The notes under the pieces are model-generated. The model saw nothing but the letters and a program-made list of their open reading frames with translations, did no database searches and was not told the origin of the DNA. This document shows positions 1-9,261 of a stretch of DNA of 64,000 bases, piece after piece. Location: the NCBI GenBank assembly GCA_965215005.1, contig CBDCCZ010000003.1, positions 32,001-96,000 on the forward strand, in the 5' to 3' direction. Numbering within the stretch: position 1 is the stretch's first letter; each line of letters begins with the position of its first letter. A program made the translations under genes and the position numbers. This stretch comes from Kofleriaceae bacterium (GTDB taxonomy: Bacteria; Myxococcota_A; Polyangia; Haliangiales; Haliangiaceae).

Positions 1-3000
1 CCCCGCCATGACCGCCAGCTCACGGGTCACGCGATAGCGAGCGCCGCCCAGCACCTCGAGCGGGCGCACGCCATCCGCGTCATCGACGAGCCCAACGCTA
101 CCGAGCAGCTCGGCAACGGCGGTGAGCGCCGGCACCACCCGATACGCGGCGCCAAAGCCATAGGTGAGCTCACTGCCCTGCGTAACATCTCCAAAGCGAG
201 TCGACTGCCGCGCACGTGCCCCGCCGTTGATCACCAGCTCTAGGCGGGTGGTCTTCACGCCCGCGATGATCCGCGCATGGGCGGTGGGATCGGGGCTGCC
301 GGCGAAGGCGTCTTGCGAGTTCGTCGGAATCGTAAGCGTGACCGAAGCGGCGAGCGACAGCATGGGATTGGCTGCGATGAGCCCTTTGCCGTGCAACGCG
401 ATATCACCCAGAGAAGTTCCTCCAGCGGGCTCGACGCCGCTGAACGTGGGAGCATCACCGCGTTGCACCAGCATTGGCACCATCGCCCCGACCTCGAATC
501 GATCCAGGAGCGCGTAGGCGACCGCAAGCTCGGCTACCGCGCGCGAACGAACCGGAACGTCGGTCATTTCCGACCCCGCCTCTACTACCAGCGGGTTGTG
601 TAGAAACCCCATCCCGAGGCTGAAGGCATAGGCGCCATCGGGTGCCACGCCGGGCGCCTCCACCGCGAACATCCCGCCTTCGACTGTCGCCGCGGCGCGG
701 GTGTTTTGAAGCTCGAGGTTGCGGCTCACGTCGGCTCGCGCGAGCCCGTTCCCGATGGCCCACGCCGCCAACCCTGTTAGAATCGATAGCAGCAATTGGC
801 GCCGCAGCAGCACCAATACCAGCAGCGCGAGCACGCCGCCGAGCCCGCCATCGCCGCCAACGCGGCACCCACCGCCGCGCACCTCGACCGCGATTGCCTC
901 GCCGCGAACGCGGGCAAAGCTCACCCGCTCAGGATCATTGGCTAGATAGATCTCCACGAACACTTCGAACCCACCGGGACGTCGCGCAACGAGCTCGACA
1001 TCGAGGTCGACGCCAGTCATTGGCGGCAGCCCGAAATCGGGCCCGAGGCTCACAACTCGCGCGCCGATCGGCCGCTCACTCGTATCGACCACGCGCACCT
1101 GCCGAACCACATACGACTCAGTTGCATCCATGTTGACCAGTCGCAGCGCAGCACCGAGCTCGGAAAGGCGCACCGGGATGCCAACCCCAACCCGCCCAAG
1201 GTCGATGGCGTCGGCGGACAGCGCCACGTTCGGCAACACACCACGCCCCCGCAATGTCACCCTCGCCATCGGGGTATCGCGATCATCGCTGGTAAGAATC
1301 AGGAATGCCTCGAGCGGCGCAGCATTGGCCACCGACGGCGCGAACCCCACCTCGATCGACTCGGTCTCGCCAGGCGCAATCCGCAGGGTTGCCGCGCTGA
1401 GCAACACGAAGGCACCAGCATCGGCGCCCTCGATGACTATCTGAGAGATCTCGAGCGGCGCATCGCCGGTGTTGGCGACCCTCACCTGGGCTCTTCGCGG
1501 CTCGCTCGGGTTGCGCAGCGTCGGCTCGAACTCTACGACCGGCTCCGGCAATGACACGTTGCGATCGATTCCGCGACCCGTGAGCGGTATCGAGGCAAGC
1601 GCGCCACACGTTGCATCGGCCTCAATGATCAGCCGCGCCTCCGCCTCACCGGCGCTCGCCATCGTCGGGCGGTAGCGCAGCGCGATCGTGACGCTCGCCC
1701 CCGCCGCTAGCTCGAGCGGCAACGCCGGCGGCGAGGCGAGCGCATATACGCCAGCACCTCGGCCCTCGATGCGCAGCGCTCGCACGGTAAGGTCATCACC
1801 GGTATTGGTGATCGTAAGCTCTCGCGTAGCCGGATTTTCAGCCTGCACATCCTGAACGCCAAAGTCGACGACCGCGGCAGACACCGCCAGGTCGGCAGCA
1901 GTCCCAGTAACCACAGCGTCGGCCATGACGACCCGCTGACCGGTGATATCGGTGGTGATGGTCACCGTCGCGCGCCGTATCCCCACCGTGCGCGGCGCCG
2001 CCGTTAGACGGTACTGCGCGAGCTGACCTGGTGCGAGCACGGCGGGTAGGCTTACGGGCTCGAGGAGCTCGAGGGTGAAATCTTCGACATTGTCGAGCGC
2101 GATCGCGCCGAGCGTCCAAGCAGCGGAGCCGATGTTTTCGATCGTGAACGTCTGCGCCACCGGCGGCTCGCACACGCCGATGGCGCCATAGTCGAAGCTT
2201 TGCGGCGTAACCCGCACGGCAGTGCCAAGGCCGGTTCCAGACAGCACCACGCTCTGCACCCCATCGGCCAAGCCGATGTTTAGCGCCCCTTCAAACTCGC
2301 GGGCAGCCGTCGGCGTGAAGGTAACTCCCAAGCTGGCCGTGGCACCTGGCACCAGCACCAGCTGCCCCGGAGGCGTCGTGAGCGCAAACTCCGCGATCGA
2401 GGTCGCAATGGACTCGATAGTGACAGCGGCCTCGCCGTCGTTGCGCAGCATCACCGGCACTTCCTGGGAGGCAACGCCCACCGTCACCCCGCCGAACATC
2501 ACCGCCGCCGGCGTCACCGTGAGCCCTGCGGTGGCCGTAGCAGTGACGGTGATGACCTCGAGAGGCTCGACGGGGTCATTGGCTCGCACCGTGATGGCTC
2601 CGTCGCGCACGCCGGCGGCTAGCGGCTGATACGTCACGACGAGCGCGGCGGTTTCGCCAGGTTCGAGGAGCAACCCGAGGCCGGGGTCAAAGCCGCTCAC
2701 GCTGAAGTCGGCAACGCCTGCATAATCGACAGCGTCGATCATGAGTGGACTATCGCCGGTGTTGGCGAGCTCCACCGTCGCCGTACGCATCGCGGAGCCG
2801 ACCCGAGCCGCCCCAAAGACGACCGCTTGCGGCGAGACGCTGAGCTCGGGCGCCGAGCCTATGCCAGTGACGGCAACGGCAATGGCTTGATCCATCGGGT
2901 CGGGGTCGTTGTTAGGCAGCTGCACCGAGCACGACCGAGCGCCGCGGGTGGTGGGCGTCAGCTCTACGCGGTAATCCACTGCTTCGCCATTGGCCAACCG

Positions 3001-3261
3001 CTGCGGCGCGGCTGGAGTGATCGCTACATCGAGGCAGTCGCCGCTAAGCTGCGGTGTGTCGATGCGCAGGGGCCCGGCATCGAGATTCTCCGCGCGCACC
3101 ACCGCAATGCGACTGTCTCCTACCGCGACCACGCCGAAGTCGACAGTCATTGTCGATAGCCGTATGTCGTCGGCTAGCGCCGTGCGTTCGCCAGCGGCAA
3201 GCGCCACAAAACACGACAGCGCGGCGGCCCAACGCGCAAACGGGGCAAAGTGAGTCATCAT
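1..3261 (-). CDS. Large secreted protein, partial (runs off the window start): signal peptide, tandem choice-of-anchor-D/ASH-type Ig-like repeats, internal MYXO-CTERM-like motif, then an outer-membrane beta-barrel-like region (TraB/OmpA-family N-terminal type)
   Basis: Not in the ORF track because the frame has no stop in the window. Hand translation from ATG 3261 gives MMTHFAPFARWAAALSCFVALAAGERTALA-DD...VDFGVVAVG. The same frame gives GGGCRVGGDGGLGGVLALLVLVLLRR at 876-799 and EVLGGARYRVTRELAVMAG at the window start. Confidence 0.8.
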   Translation of the reverse strand, partial: MMTHFAPFARWAAALSCFVALAAGERTALADDIRLSTMTVDFGVVAVGDSRIAVVRAENLDAGPLRIDTPQLSGDCLDVAITPAAPQRLANGEAVDYRVELTPTTRGARSCSVQLPNNDPDPMDQAIAVAVTGIGSAPELSVSPQAVVFGAARVGSAMRTATVELANTGDSPLMIDAVDYAGVADFSVSGFDPGLGLLLEPGETAALVVTYQPLAAGVRDGAITVRANDPVEPLEVITVTATATAGLTVTPAAVMFGGVTVGVASQEVPVMLRNDGEAAVTIESIATSIAEFALTTPPGQLVLVPGATASLGVTFTPTAAREFEGALNIGLADGVQSVVLSGTGLGTAVRVTPQSFDYGAIGVCEPPVAQTFTIENIGSAAWTLGAIALDNVEDFTLELLEPVSLPAVLAPGQLAQYRLTAAPRTVGIRRATVTITTDITGQRVVMADAVVTGTAADLAVSAAVVDFGVQDVQAENPATRELTITNTGDDLTVRALRIEGRGAGVYALASPPALPLELAAGASVTIALRYRPTMASAGEAEARLIIEADATCGALASIPLTGRGIDRNVSLPEPVVEFEPTLRNPSEPRRAQVRVANTGDAPLEISQIVIEGADAGAFVLLSAATLRIAPGETESIEVGFAPSVANAAPLEAFLILTSDDRDTPMARVTLRGRGVLPNVALSADAIDLGRVGVGIPVRLSELGAALRLVNMDATESYVVRQVRVVDTSERPIGARVVSLGPDFGLPPMTGVDLDVELVARRPGGFEVFVEIYLANDPERVSFARVRGEAIAVEVRGGGCRVGGDGGLGGVLALLVLVLLRRQLLLSILTGLAAWAIGNGLARADVSRNLELQNTRAAATVEGGMFAVEAPGVAPDGAYAFSLGMGFLHNPLVVEAGSEMTDVPVRSRAVAELAVAYALLDRFEVGAMVPMLVQRGDAPTFSGVEPAGGTSLGDIALHGKGLIAANPMLSLAASVTLTIPTNSQDAFAGSPDPTAHARIIAGVKTTRLELVINGGARARQSTRFGDVTQGSELTYGFGAAYRVVPALTAVAELLGSVGLVDDADGVRPLEVLGGARYRVTRELAVMAG

Positions 3262-3406
3262 GTACAAAGCTCCAGCGCGAGGGAGCGAGTGCTACAACTA
3301 ACAACCGCGCAGCGCGCCAACGATGACTCTATCTTGCAGACCCACGATGCGAAAGCCATGCTGTGGTTCGTCGCACAGCCAACCTGTGGAAAGTATAGGA
3401 GTTCCG

Positions 3407-3436
3407 TTGACTGTACTCGCGTCGCGATGCTACCCT
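3407..3436 (+). promoter_or_regulatory. Sigma70-type promoter for the TPR/ABC operon
   Basis: TTGACT(3407-3412)-N18-TACCCT(3431-3436), with TG at the extended -10 position, 51 nt before GTG 3488, which has a GGAGG RBS. Confidence 0.55.
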
Positions 3437-3487
3437 GCAACGCGTCTGAGTTTGTTATCAATCACTCTCGCGTGCATGGAGGAGTAG

Positions 3488-4480
3488 GTGGATCAGAGTC
3501 CACAGTCGCTTGGCCATGCCTGGCAGCGTGAGCTTAGACGCGGGCTCGAATGCCTGCGAGAGGGTCACTACAGTCGCGCCGAAACCCACTTTAGTCGCGC
3601 CCACACCCTCGCCCCCGACTGCCCCGATGCCTGCTACGCGCTTGGACGCGAGCGGCTCCGCGCAGGATGCTTGGGTGACGCTGAGCTGCTGCTCCGCCGC
3701 GCGTGGTCACTGGATACGTCCCTCCTCTCGGCAGCGTGCACTCTTGCCCGCTGCTTGGGGTTGCAACGAGGTAACTACGAGGCCGCGTTTGCAGTGCTAG
3801 ACGAGGCACGCTCCCACCATCCAAACGATGCGGCCCCGCGGATCGTTCGCAGCGAGCTGCTCGTGGAACAGGGTCGGCTTGCGGAAGCAGAGCATGAGGC
3901 GACGGCCGCGCTGGAAATGGTCGAGCTTCGTTCGAGTGAAGCCGACGCGGCGCGGGCAGTGCTAGCCAGAGCAGTCAACCATCGCGGAATGGAGCTGGCA
4001 GCGCGAGGAGATTTCGAGGCGGCGCTGTTTGCATTTCGCCGGGCCAGTGCTCTCGACGCCGCATGGGCCAAGCCGCACGCCAACATGGGGGCGGCGTTCG
4101 TGCGTTTAGGACGCGTGCAACAGGCGCGAGAGTGTTACCGGCGCGCCATCGCCCTCGAGCCCGACGAAGCCGCGGTTCACTTCGACCTCGGCGTGCTGCT
4201 CCGCCAGATGGATGATAGCGATGCCCGCACCGAGCTTGCGCGCGCCGTGGATCTCGACCCCAGCCAAGCCGTGTGGTGGACCGAGCTCGGCTGTGCTCTT
4301 GCTGATTTGAATCAGCGCGAGGAAGCCGAGGCCTGCTGGCGGCAGGCACTCGCGCTCAACCCACAGCACGCCCCCGCCTGTCGCAGGCTAGCCGATCTGC
4401 TGGTTCGCGAGGCGCGGTATCTCGAAGCTGCGGTGCTCGCCCAGCGCGCGGCCGACCTGACACCGGAACAGCAGCAATGA
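3488..4480 (+). CDS. Tetratricopeptide repeat protein
   Basis: 330 aa with many TPR-like repeats (e.g. AHFSRAHTLAPDCPDACYALG, CYRRAIALEPDEAAVHFDLG); GGAGG RBS. Confidence 0.85.
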   Translation: MDQSPQSLGHAWQRELRRGLECLREGHYSRAETHFSRAHTLAPDCPDACYALGRERLRAGCLGDAELLLRRAWSLDTSLLSAACTLARCLGLQRGNYEAAFAVLDEARSHHPNDAAPRIVRSELLVEQGRLAEAEHEATAALEMVELRSSEADAARAVLARAVNHRGMELAARGDFEAALFAFRRASALDAAWAKPHANMGAAFVRLGRVQQARECYRRAIALEPDEAAVHFDLGVLLRQMDDSDARTELARAVDLDPSQAVWWTELGCALADLNQREEAEACWRQALALNPQHAPACRRLADLLVREARYLEAAVLAQRAADLTPEQQQ

Positions 4481-4848
4481 GCGGCGAAAATGACAGCGGA
4501 ACCCGACCTGTCGCCCCCACCTTTCCCGGTGCGGTGCGCCTCACCAGCGAACGCGCAAAGCAGCTTTTGCGTGCTCGGTTTGCCGCCGCGGGCGTGGAGC
4601 TCGAAGCAGACTATGAGCTCCATGAAGGCGAGCTCGCGGTGACGCTAGAGGCCTTCGATCCCCGTCGCCGCATCGGATTTGCATATATCACCGACGGCGT
4701 GATGGAGGTTCGAAGCGAGCTCGACACTGCCCTTGCCGAGTTAGCGCGCCAACACAAGGCATGGGTACTCGTGGTTCATGATGCCGACATTCCCAACGCG
4801 GACGTGCTCGAGCGCCGAATCGACGCCTTCTTTCAGCAATTGCCCTGA
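4477..4848 (+). CDS. Hypothetical protein
   Basis: 123 aa, ATGA overlap with the upstream gene, normal codon usage. Confidence 0.7.
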   Translation: MSGENDSGTRPVAPTFPGAVRLTSERAKQLLRARFAAAGVELEADYELHEGELAVTLEAFDPRRRIGFAYITDGVMEVRSELDTALAELARQHKAWVLVVHDADIPNADVLERRIDAFFQQLP

Positions 4849-5567
4849 TCGAATTTCGTAACATTGGCGTGACGCTTGGCGGCCGCACCGTCATCGATGG
4901 GCTCTCGCTTGCCGTCGAAACCGGCCGCACCACTGTGCTCCTCGGTCGCAGCGGCTCGGGCAAGACCACCCTGCTACGGCTCGTAAATCGCCTGCTAGAG
5001 CCAGGGCGCGGGCAGGTGCACATCGATGGCCGCGCGAGCGGTGCCTGGGACGTGATCGAGCTGCGTCGACGCACCGGCTACATCATTCAAGACGCCGGTC
5101 TCATGCCCCACTACACCGTAGCGCGCAACGTCGGACTGGTGTGTGAGCTGGAAAACTGGCCTCGGCCGCGCATCGAAGCGCGGGTTCGGGAGCTCCTCGA
5201 CTTTGTGTCCCTGCCCTATGATGCCTATGGGCAGCGCATGCCGCACCAGCTCAGCGGCGGCGAACGTCAACGCGTCGGTGTCGCGCGAGCTCTCGGCGTC
5301 GATCCGCCGGTGCTGCTGTGTGATGAGCCATTTGGTGCCCTCGATCCCATCACTCGAAGCGAGCTCGCGCGCGAGTTTCGCGCCCTGGCGAAGCGGCTCG
5401 GCAAGACTATTCTGTTCGTCACCCACGACGTTCGGGAAGCCTTGGCGCTGGCCGATCGCATCGTGCTCTTGCATCGCGGCCGCATCGCGGTCGACGCTAC
5501 CGCCAGCGAGTTTCGCAATAGCAGCGAACCCACTGCCCGCGACTTCCTCGCCAGCATCGAGCCATGA
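4845..5567 (+). CDS. Osmoprotectant (glycine betaine/choline/ergothioneine-type) ABC transporter ATP-binding protein
   Basis: Walker A GRSGSGKT, LSGGERQR signature, LLCDEPF, FVTHD. The frame extends upstream to CTG 4845 (L/M-IEFRNIGVT); the ORF track starts at GTG 4869. Confidence 0.9.
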   Translation: MIEFRNIGVTLGGRTVIDGLSLAVETGRTTVLLGRSGSGKTTLLRLVNRLLEPGRGQVHIDGRASGAWDVIELRRRTGYIIQDAGLMPHYTVARNVGLVCELENWPRPRIEARVRELLDFVSLPYDAYGQRMPHQLSGGERQRVGVARALGVDPPVLLCDEPFGALDPITRSELAREFRALAKRLGKTILFVTHDVREALALADRIVLLHRGRIAVDATASEFRNSSEPTARDFLASIEP

Positions 5568-6238
5568 ACGATTTTCTAAGCTACTTGCGCGCCAGCCAAG
5601 CAGAGCTGGCGACCCAGCTCGTGCGCCACCTCGAGCTCGTAGCACTCGCCTTGACTCTCGCCGTGATCATCGCCGTGCCAGCCGGCATCATCGTCGCCCG
5701 CCGAAGCCGAGCACGGCGCGTGATCATCGGCGGCGCCAACGCCCTCCAGACCATTCCCAGTTTGGCGCTCTTCGGCCTCCTCATCCCGCTGCCGCTCATC
5801 GGTGGCATCGGCGTCCGCACCGCGGTCATCGCGCTGATGCTCTACGCCCTTTTGCCGATTGTAAAAAATACCGTCACCGGGCTTCTCGGCGTTGATCCCG
5901 CCGTCCACGAAGCCGCGCGAGCTATGGGCATGACGCGTCGCCAGCTGTTGCGTCGCGTCGAGCTGCCGCTGGCGATGCCGGTGATCCTCGCTGGCGTTCG
6001 CATCGCCGCGGTGATCACCGTGGGCACCGCGACCATCGCCGCCGCCGCTGGCGCCGAAGGCCTCGGCGTGTTCATCTTTCGCGGCCTCGAGACTACCAAC
6101 AACAATGCGCTCTTGATCGGAGCCATTCCAGCCGCGTTACTAGCACTCTTGCTCGATGGACTTCTCGCGCTCCTCGAACGGCGGCTCGATGTGCTACGAC
6201 CCCGCCATGGCAGTCATCCGCCAGAATCGTCTCTCTAG
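5564..6238 (+). CDS. Osmoprotectant ABC transporter permease
   Basis: LQTIPSLALFG, EAA loop EAARAMGMT, ELPLAMPVILAGVR, hydrophobic helices. Confidence 0.9.
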   Translation: MNDFLSYLRASQAELATQLVRHLELVALALTLAVIIAVPAGIIVARRSRARRVIIGGANALQTIPSLALFGLLIPLPLIGGIGVRTAVIALMLYALLPIVKNTVTGLLGVDPAVHEAARAMGMTRRQLLRRVELPLAMPVILAGVRIAAVITVGTATIAAAAGAEGLGVFIFRGLETTNNNALLIGAIPAALLALLLDGLLALLERRLDVLRPRHGSHPPESSL

Positions 6239-7112
6239 GCGCACGTTTCTGGCCGGAGCAGGCGCGCTGAGCGCGTATTGCTTGGGCGGTTGCAAGAACA
6301 CCGCAGACCTCACGTTCGGCTCGAAGAACTTTCAAGAGCAGTGGATCCTCGCCGCGCTGCTAGCGCTGGTCGTCGAGCAGCGGACCAAACGCAGCGCCCG
6401 CACCCGCGACCTCGGTGGGACGTTCTTGTGTCATGAGGCGCTCCGCAGTGGCCAAATCAATAGCTACGTCGAGTACACCGGCACTGCATACACCGCGGTC
6501 CTCAGACAAGAACCAATTGCCGATGCCCACGATGTCTATGAGCGCGTCAAGCGCGCCTATGCAGACAAATTCGACGTCGTCTGGCTTCCACCGCTTGGCT
6601 TCGGCAACCCCTTCGCGATCGTCGTTCGCCGCGCCGATGCCAAGCGCCATCGACTAGTCGCGATATCCGATCTCACAAAGGTCGCAACCGACTTCCGCCC
6701 CGGCTTTGGCTTTGAGTTCTACGAGCGCGCAGACGGCTATCCGGGTCTCATCGAGACATACGACTTGCGCTTTGAGCAGCAGCCCTTGCAGATGCGCCTC
6801 AGCCAAACCTATCAGGCACTCGCGCAGGGCGACGTTGACGTCATCGCCGGCAGCTTCACCGATGGCTTGATCGAGCACCTCGACCTGGTCGTTCTCGAAG
6901 ATGACCGCGGCTATTTCCCACCTTACGAAGCCGCTCCCCTGGTTCGGAAAGCCGCGATGGAACGCTATCCCGAGGCCATTGCCGCCATCGCCTCCTTGGG
7001 TGGGACCATCACCGCCAAAGCGATGCGACGAGCCAACCTGCGTATCGACCGCGATAGCGTTCACCCCACCACCGTCGCCCGTGAGCTGCTCGCAACGCTG
7101 CCCAGCGCGTGA
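6207..7112 (+). CDS. Osmoprotectant ABC transporter substrate-binding lipoprotein (OpuAC/OsmF-like) with Tat signal
   Basis: GSKNFQEQ, YVEYTGTA and LEDDRGYFPPY motifs; ATG 6207 gives SRRTFL twin-arginine motif and lipobox-like LGGC. Confidence 0.88.
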   Translation: MAVIRQNRLSRRTFLAGAGALSAYCLGGCKNTADLTFGSKNFQEQWILAALLALVVEQRTKRSARTRDLGGTFLCHEALRSGQINSYVEYTGTAYTAVLRQEPIADAHDVYERVKRAYADKFDVVWLPPLGFGNPFAIVVRRADAKRHRLVAISDLTKVATDFRPGFGFEFYERADGYPGLIETYDLRFEQQPLQMRLSQTYQALAQGDVDVIAGSFTDGLIEHLDLVVLEDDRGYFPPYEAAPLVRKAAMERYPEAIAAIASLGGTITAKAMRRANLRIDRDSVHPTTVARELLATLPSA

Positions 7113-7155
7113 ATACCGCTATGGACAGCGCGTCGCCCCGTGATACACGAGAAGC

Positions 7156-7467
7156 GTGGTCCCCCGCCTCGGCCTGCTCCTGGCTTTACTCGGCGCGCTG
7201 CTAGCGCCAAGCAGCCGTTGGAACGCCGAAGGCGCGGCTCACGACAGCCACCCGCTGACCGCAGCGACCGAAGTCAGTGCGCTCGCCATCGTCGCCCTCG
7301 CCGATCCAAGTAGCGATCGGTCTCTGCCGTCCGCCGTTGTGCCGCGACGCCTCGCGTGCCCCTCACCGTCGCGACCAGCCCTTGGGGCCTGCCACCCCAA
7401 CGTCTCTGTGGCCGTCACCCTCGCGGCCCTCGCCCCTCACCGCGCCCGCGCTCCGCCCCGCGCATAG
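7156..7467 (+). CDS. Putative RAPP-type ribosome arrest (leader) peptide with N-terminal signal sequence
   Basis: 103 aa; hydrophobic N-terminus RLGLLLALLGALLA; C-terminus HRARAPPRA*. Confidence 0.65.
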   Translation: MVPRLGLLLALLGALLAPSSRWNAEGAAHDSHPLTAATEVSALAIVALADPSSDRSLPSAVVPRRLACPSPSRPALGACHPNVSVAVTLAALAPHRARAPPRA

Positions 7468-7565
7468 CACCAGACCTCGGCGAATCATCACCTTCCGCAA
7501 TGTTGCGGGGGGTTGGTGATCGACGTGCGTCACGACCACAACGCTATGTCACGCGGAGCAAATTC

Positions 7566-7820
7566 ATGACTACCAACGAAAACGCCTCATCTGCGCCAGG
7601 TGAACCCACACTAGAAGAACAGAAACAATGGAAGCGCCACGAGCTGCGCTTCAACATCTTCTCTGCCCTCCTCCTCCTGCTCATCGCCGGCGTCCTCTTC
7701 GGCACCCTCGGCGAGAGCATGCACTCCGGCCAAGACGATACCCAGCGTCCGGCGCTTACCGCCAAGGCCCGCCCCCCTGCTTCCCACTCCCCCGCTACGC
7801 CCCACGCCACACGCCATTAG
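7566..7820 (+). CDS. Small single-pass membrane protein (84 aa), function unknown
   Basis: GGAG RBS at 7555-7558, ATG 7566, TM segment FNIFSALLLLLIAGVLFG. Confidence 0.7.
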   Translation: MTTNENASSAPGEPTLEEQKQWKRHELRFNIFSALLLLLIAGVLFGTLGESMHSGQDDTQRPALTAKARPPASHSPATPHATRH

Positions 7821-7875
7821 CCTCGCCCGGCAGCCCCTGCCAGCGATTCGCTTTGACACCTGACACACCTTCCGC

Positions 7876-7905
7876 TTGACTACTCACCCCTCGGCAGCAC
7901 AATGT
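7876..7905 (+). promoter_or_regulatory. Putative sigma70 promoter of ssrA
   Basis: TTGACT(7876-7881)-N18-CAATGT(7900-7905), 35 nt upstream of the mature tmRNA 5' end. Confidence 0.5.
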
Positions 7906-7940
7906 CGCAATTCGGCCGCGCGCCGAGCGTTCTGTGACAA

Positions 7941-8300
7941 GGGGGCGAGCTGGTTTCGACGAGGATGTCGAGGCTCGAGCTGCGTGTCGTGGCGCCCGAG
8001 GCCACGTAAAAACGGGCAACCATGCAACTGCGAACGATAACGCTGTTGCTCTCGCTGCCTAACTAAAACGGGTAGTGACGGCGCTGCGGAGCCACCGCCT
8101 GAGGCCCCGTAGCGCTGCCAAACAACCAGGCTGGCCTGCCGGGAACGATCGTCGCCCGGCAGGCGAGATTCAGGACGAACTAGTCGTTGCGGAAGGTTGT
8201 CGATGGCCGTCCGCAACAACGAAAATCAACACACCGACTACACACGTAGACGCCCGTTCGGAAGCATCTTCGGACCCGGGTTCGACTCCCGGCGCCTCCA
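7941..8300 (+). ncRNA. ssrA: tmRNA; tag peptide ANDNAVALAA* (8030-8062)
   Basis: 5' GGGGGCG...GGTTTCGAC; 3' T-arm CCGGGTTCGACTCCCGG and acceptor CGCCTCC-A; tag reading frame ends in LAA-stop. The genome has CTA where CCA would be. Confidence 0.97.
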
Positions 8301-8303
8301 CTA

Positions 8304-8357
8304 TTATTGCGATTTCGTGCAGCCGTCCGGTTATTGCGATTTCGTGCAGCCGCCCGG
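8304..8357. repeat. 27-bp tandem duplication immediately after tmRNA
   Basis: TTATTGCGATTTCGTGCAGCCG(T/C)CCGG at 8304-8330 and 8331-8357, one mismatch. Confidence 0.9.
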
Positions 8358-9261
8358 TGGTCGGGTCCAAGAGCTCGACCAGCGCCCAGGCGGGGTACGG
8401 GTCGGCGTCTGGCAGCGCGCTGAGTGCAAAGTTGCCCCCGGCCACTCCGCATCCGCATCCCGGAGCAAGAGGTCAATTCGCGCCGACGTTCCCAAATCGC
8501 CCTTGTACGATCGTCACAGCGCGCCGGCCTCCGCACCAAACCGCCGCCTCGTCGCCCGCCGCTCTTCGACGAACCGCAACGTCAGAAGGGTGCCCCGGTA
8601 GCAAGCCCCCTGCCCCTCGACACCGCTCATAACTCCGTAATTTATCACAGCAGCGGGAGCGAGCTCGCCTCGGCAGCGGATGGGGTATGCAACCACAGGG
8701 GGCCCTCAGGGCAGCGCGGGCGCGGCAGCCCGCATCCAGCGGACCGCACCACGCCCTGCTCCTCGCCGAGCTAACGGATACACGGGCGCTCGCCACCTGC
8801 GGCCCTCCTCCACCACGCCGCTCTTCCGAGCCACGCGCTCCGGTTGACTCTGTCGCGCGGGCATGACCGTCGAAGGACGAGGACGCCGTTCTCGAATAGT
8901 CGGCGAGCCTTTTCTCCTCACCGGATGGCTTGCCGATGCCGCATGAGCTTTGCACGAGCAGCGCGGGCGTGGCGCGAGCGTGCGCCCGCGCTGAGAGCTT
9001 CTTGCGCGCCTGCTCGCGCGGTCGCGCACGCATATGCATGACGACGGCAACTTCCCTGCACATCGGCATCGCCGCCGCCATCGCGGCACCTACACGCAGC
9101 TCCTCTACGTGTCTTTCGGCTGGCCGCCCACGTGGACGGTCGCAGGGAATTCTGGCCCTCATACCCAAATTCCGCTGGGGCGGCACGCAGCAGCAGCTGG
9201 ATTGGCAGCGGATGCACGGAGCGACTACAGCTTTGGCCGATGCTGCCGTAGGCTCGTTGCG

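Noticed and set aside
8304..8357. Possible CRISPR repeat pair
   Set aside because: Two adjacent copies with no spacer and no cas genes; simple tandem duplication
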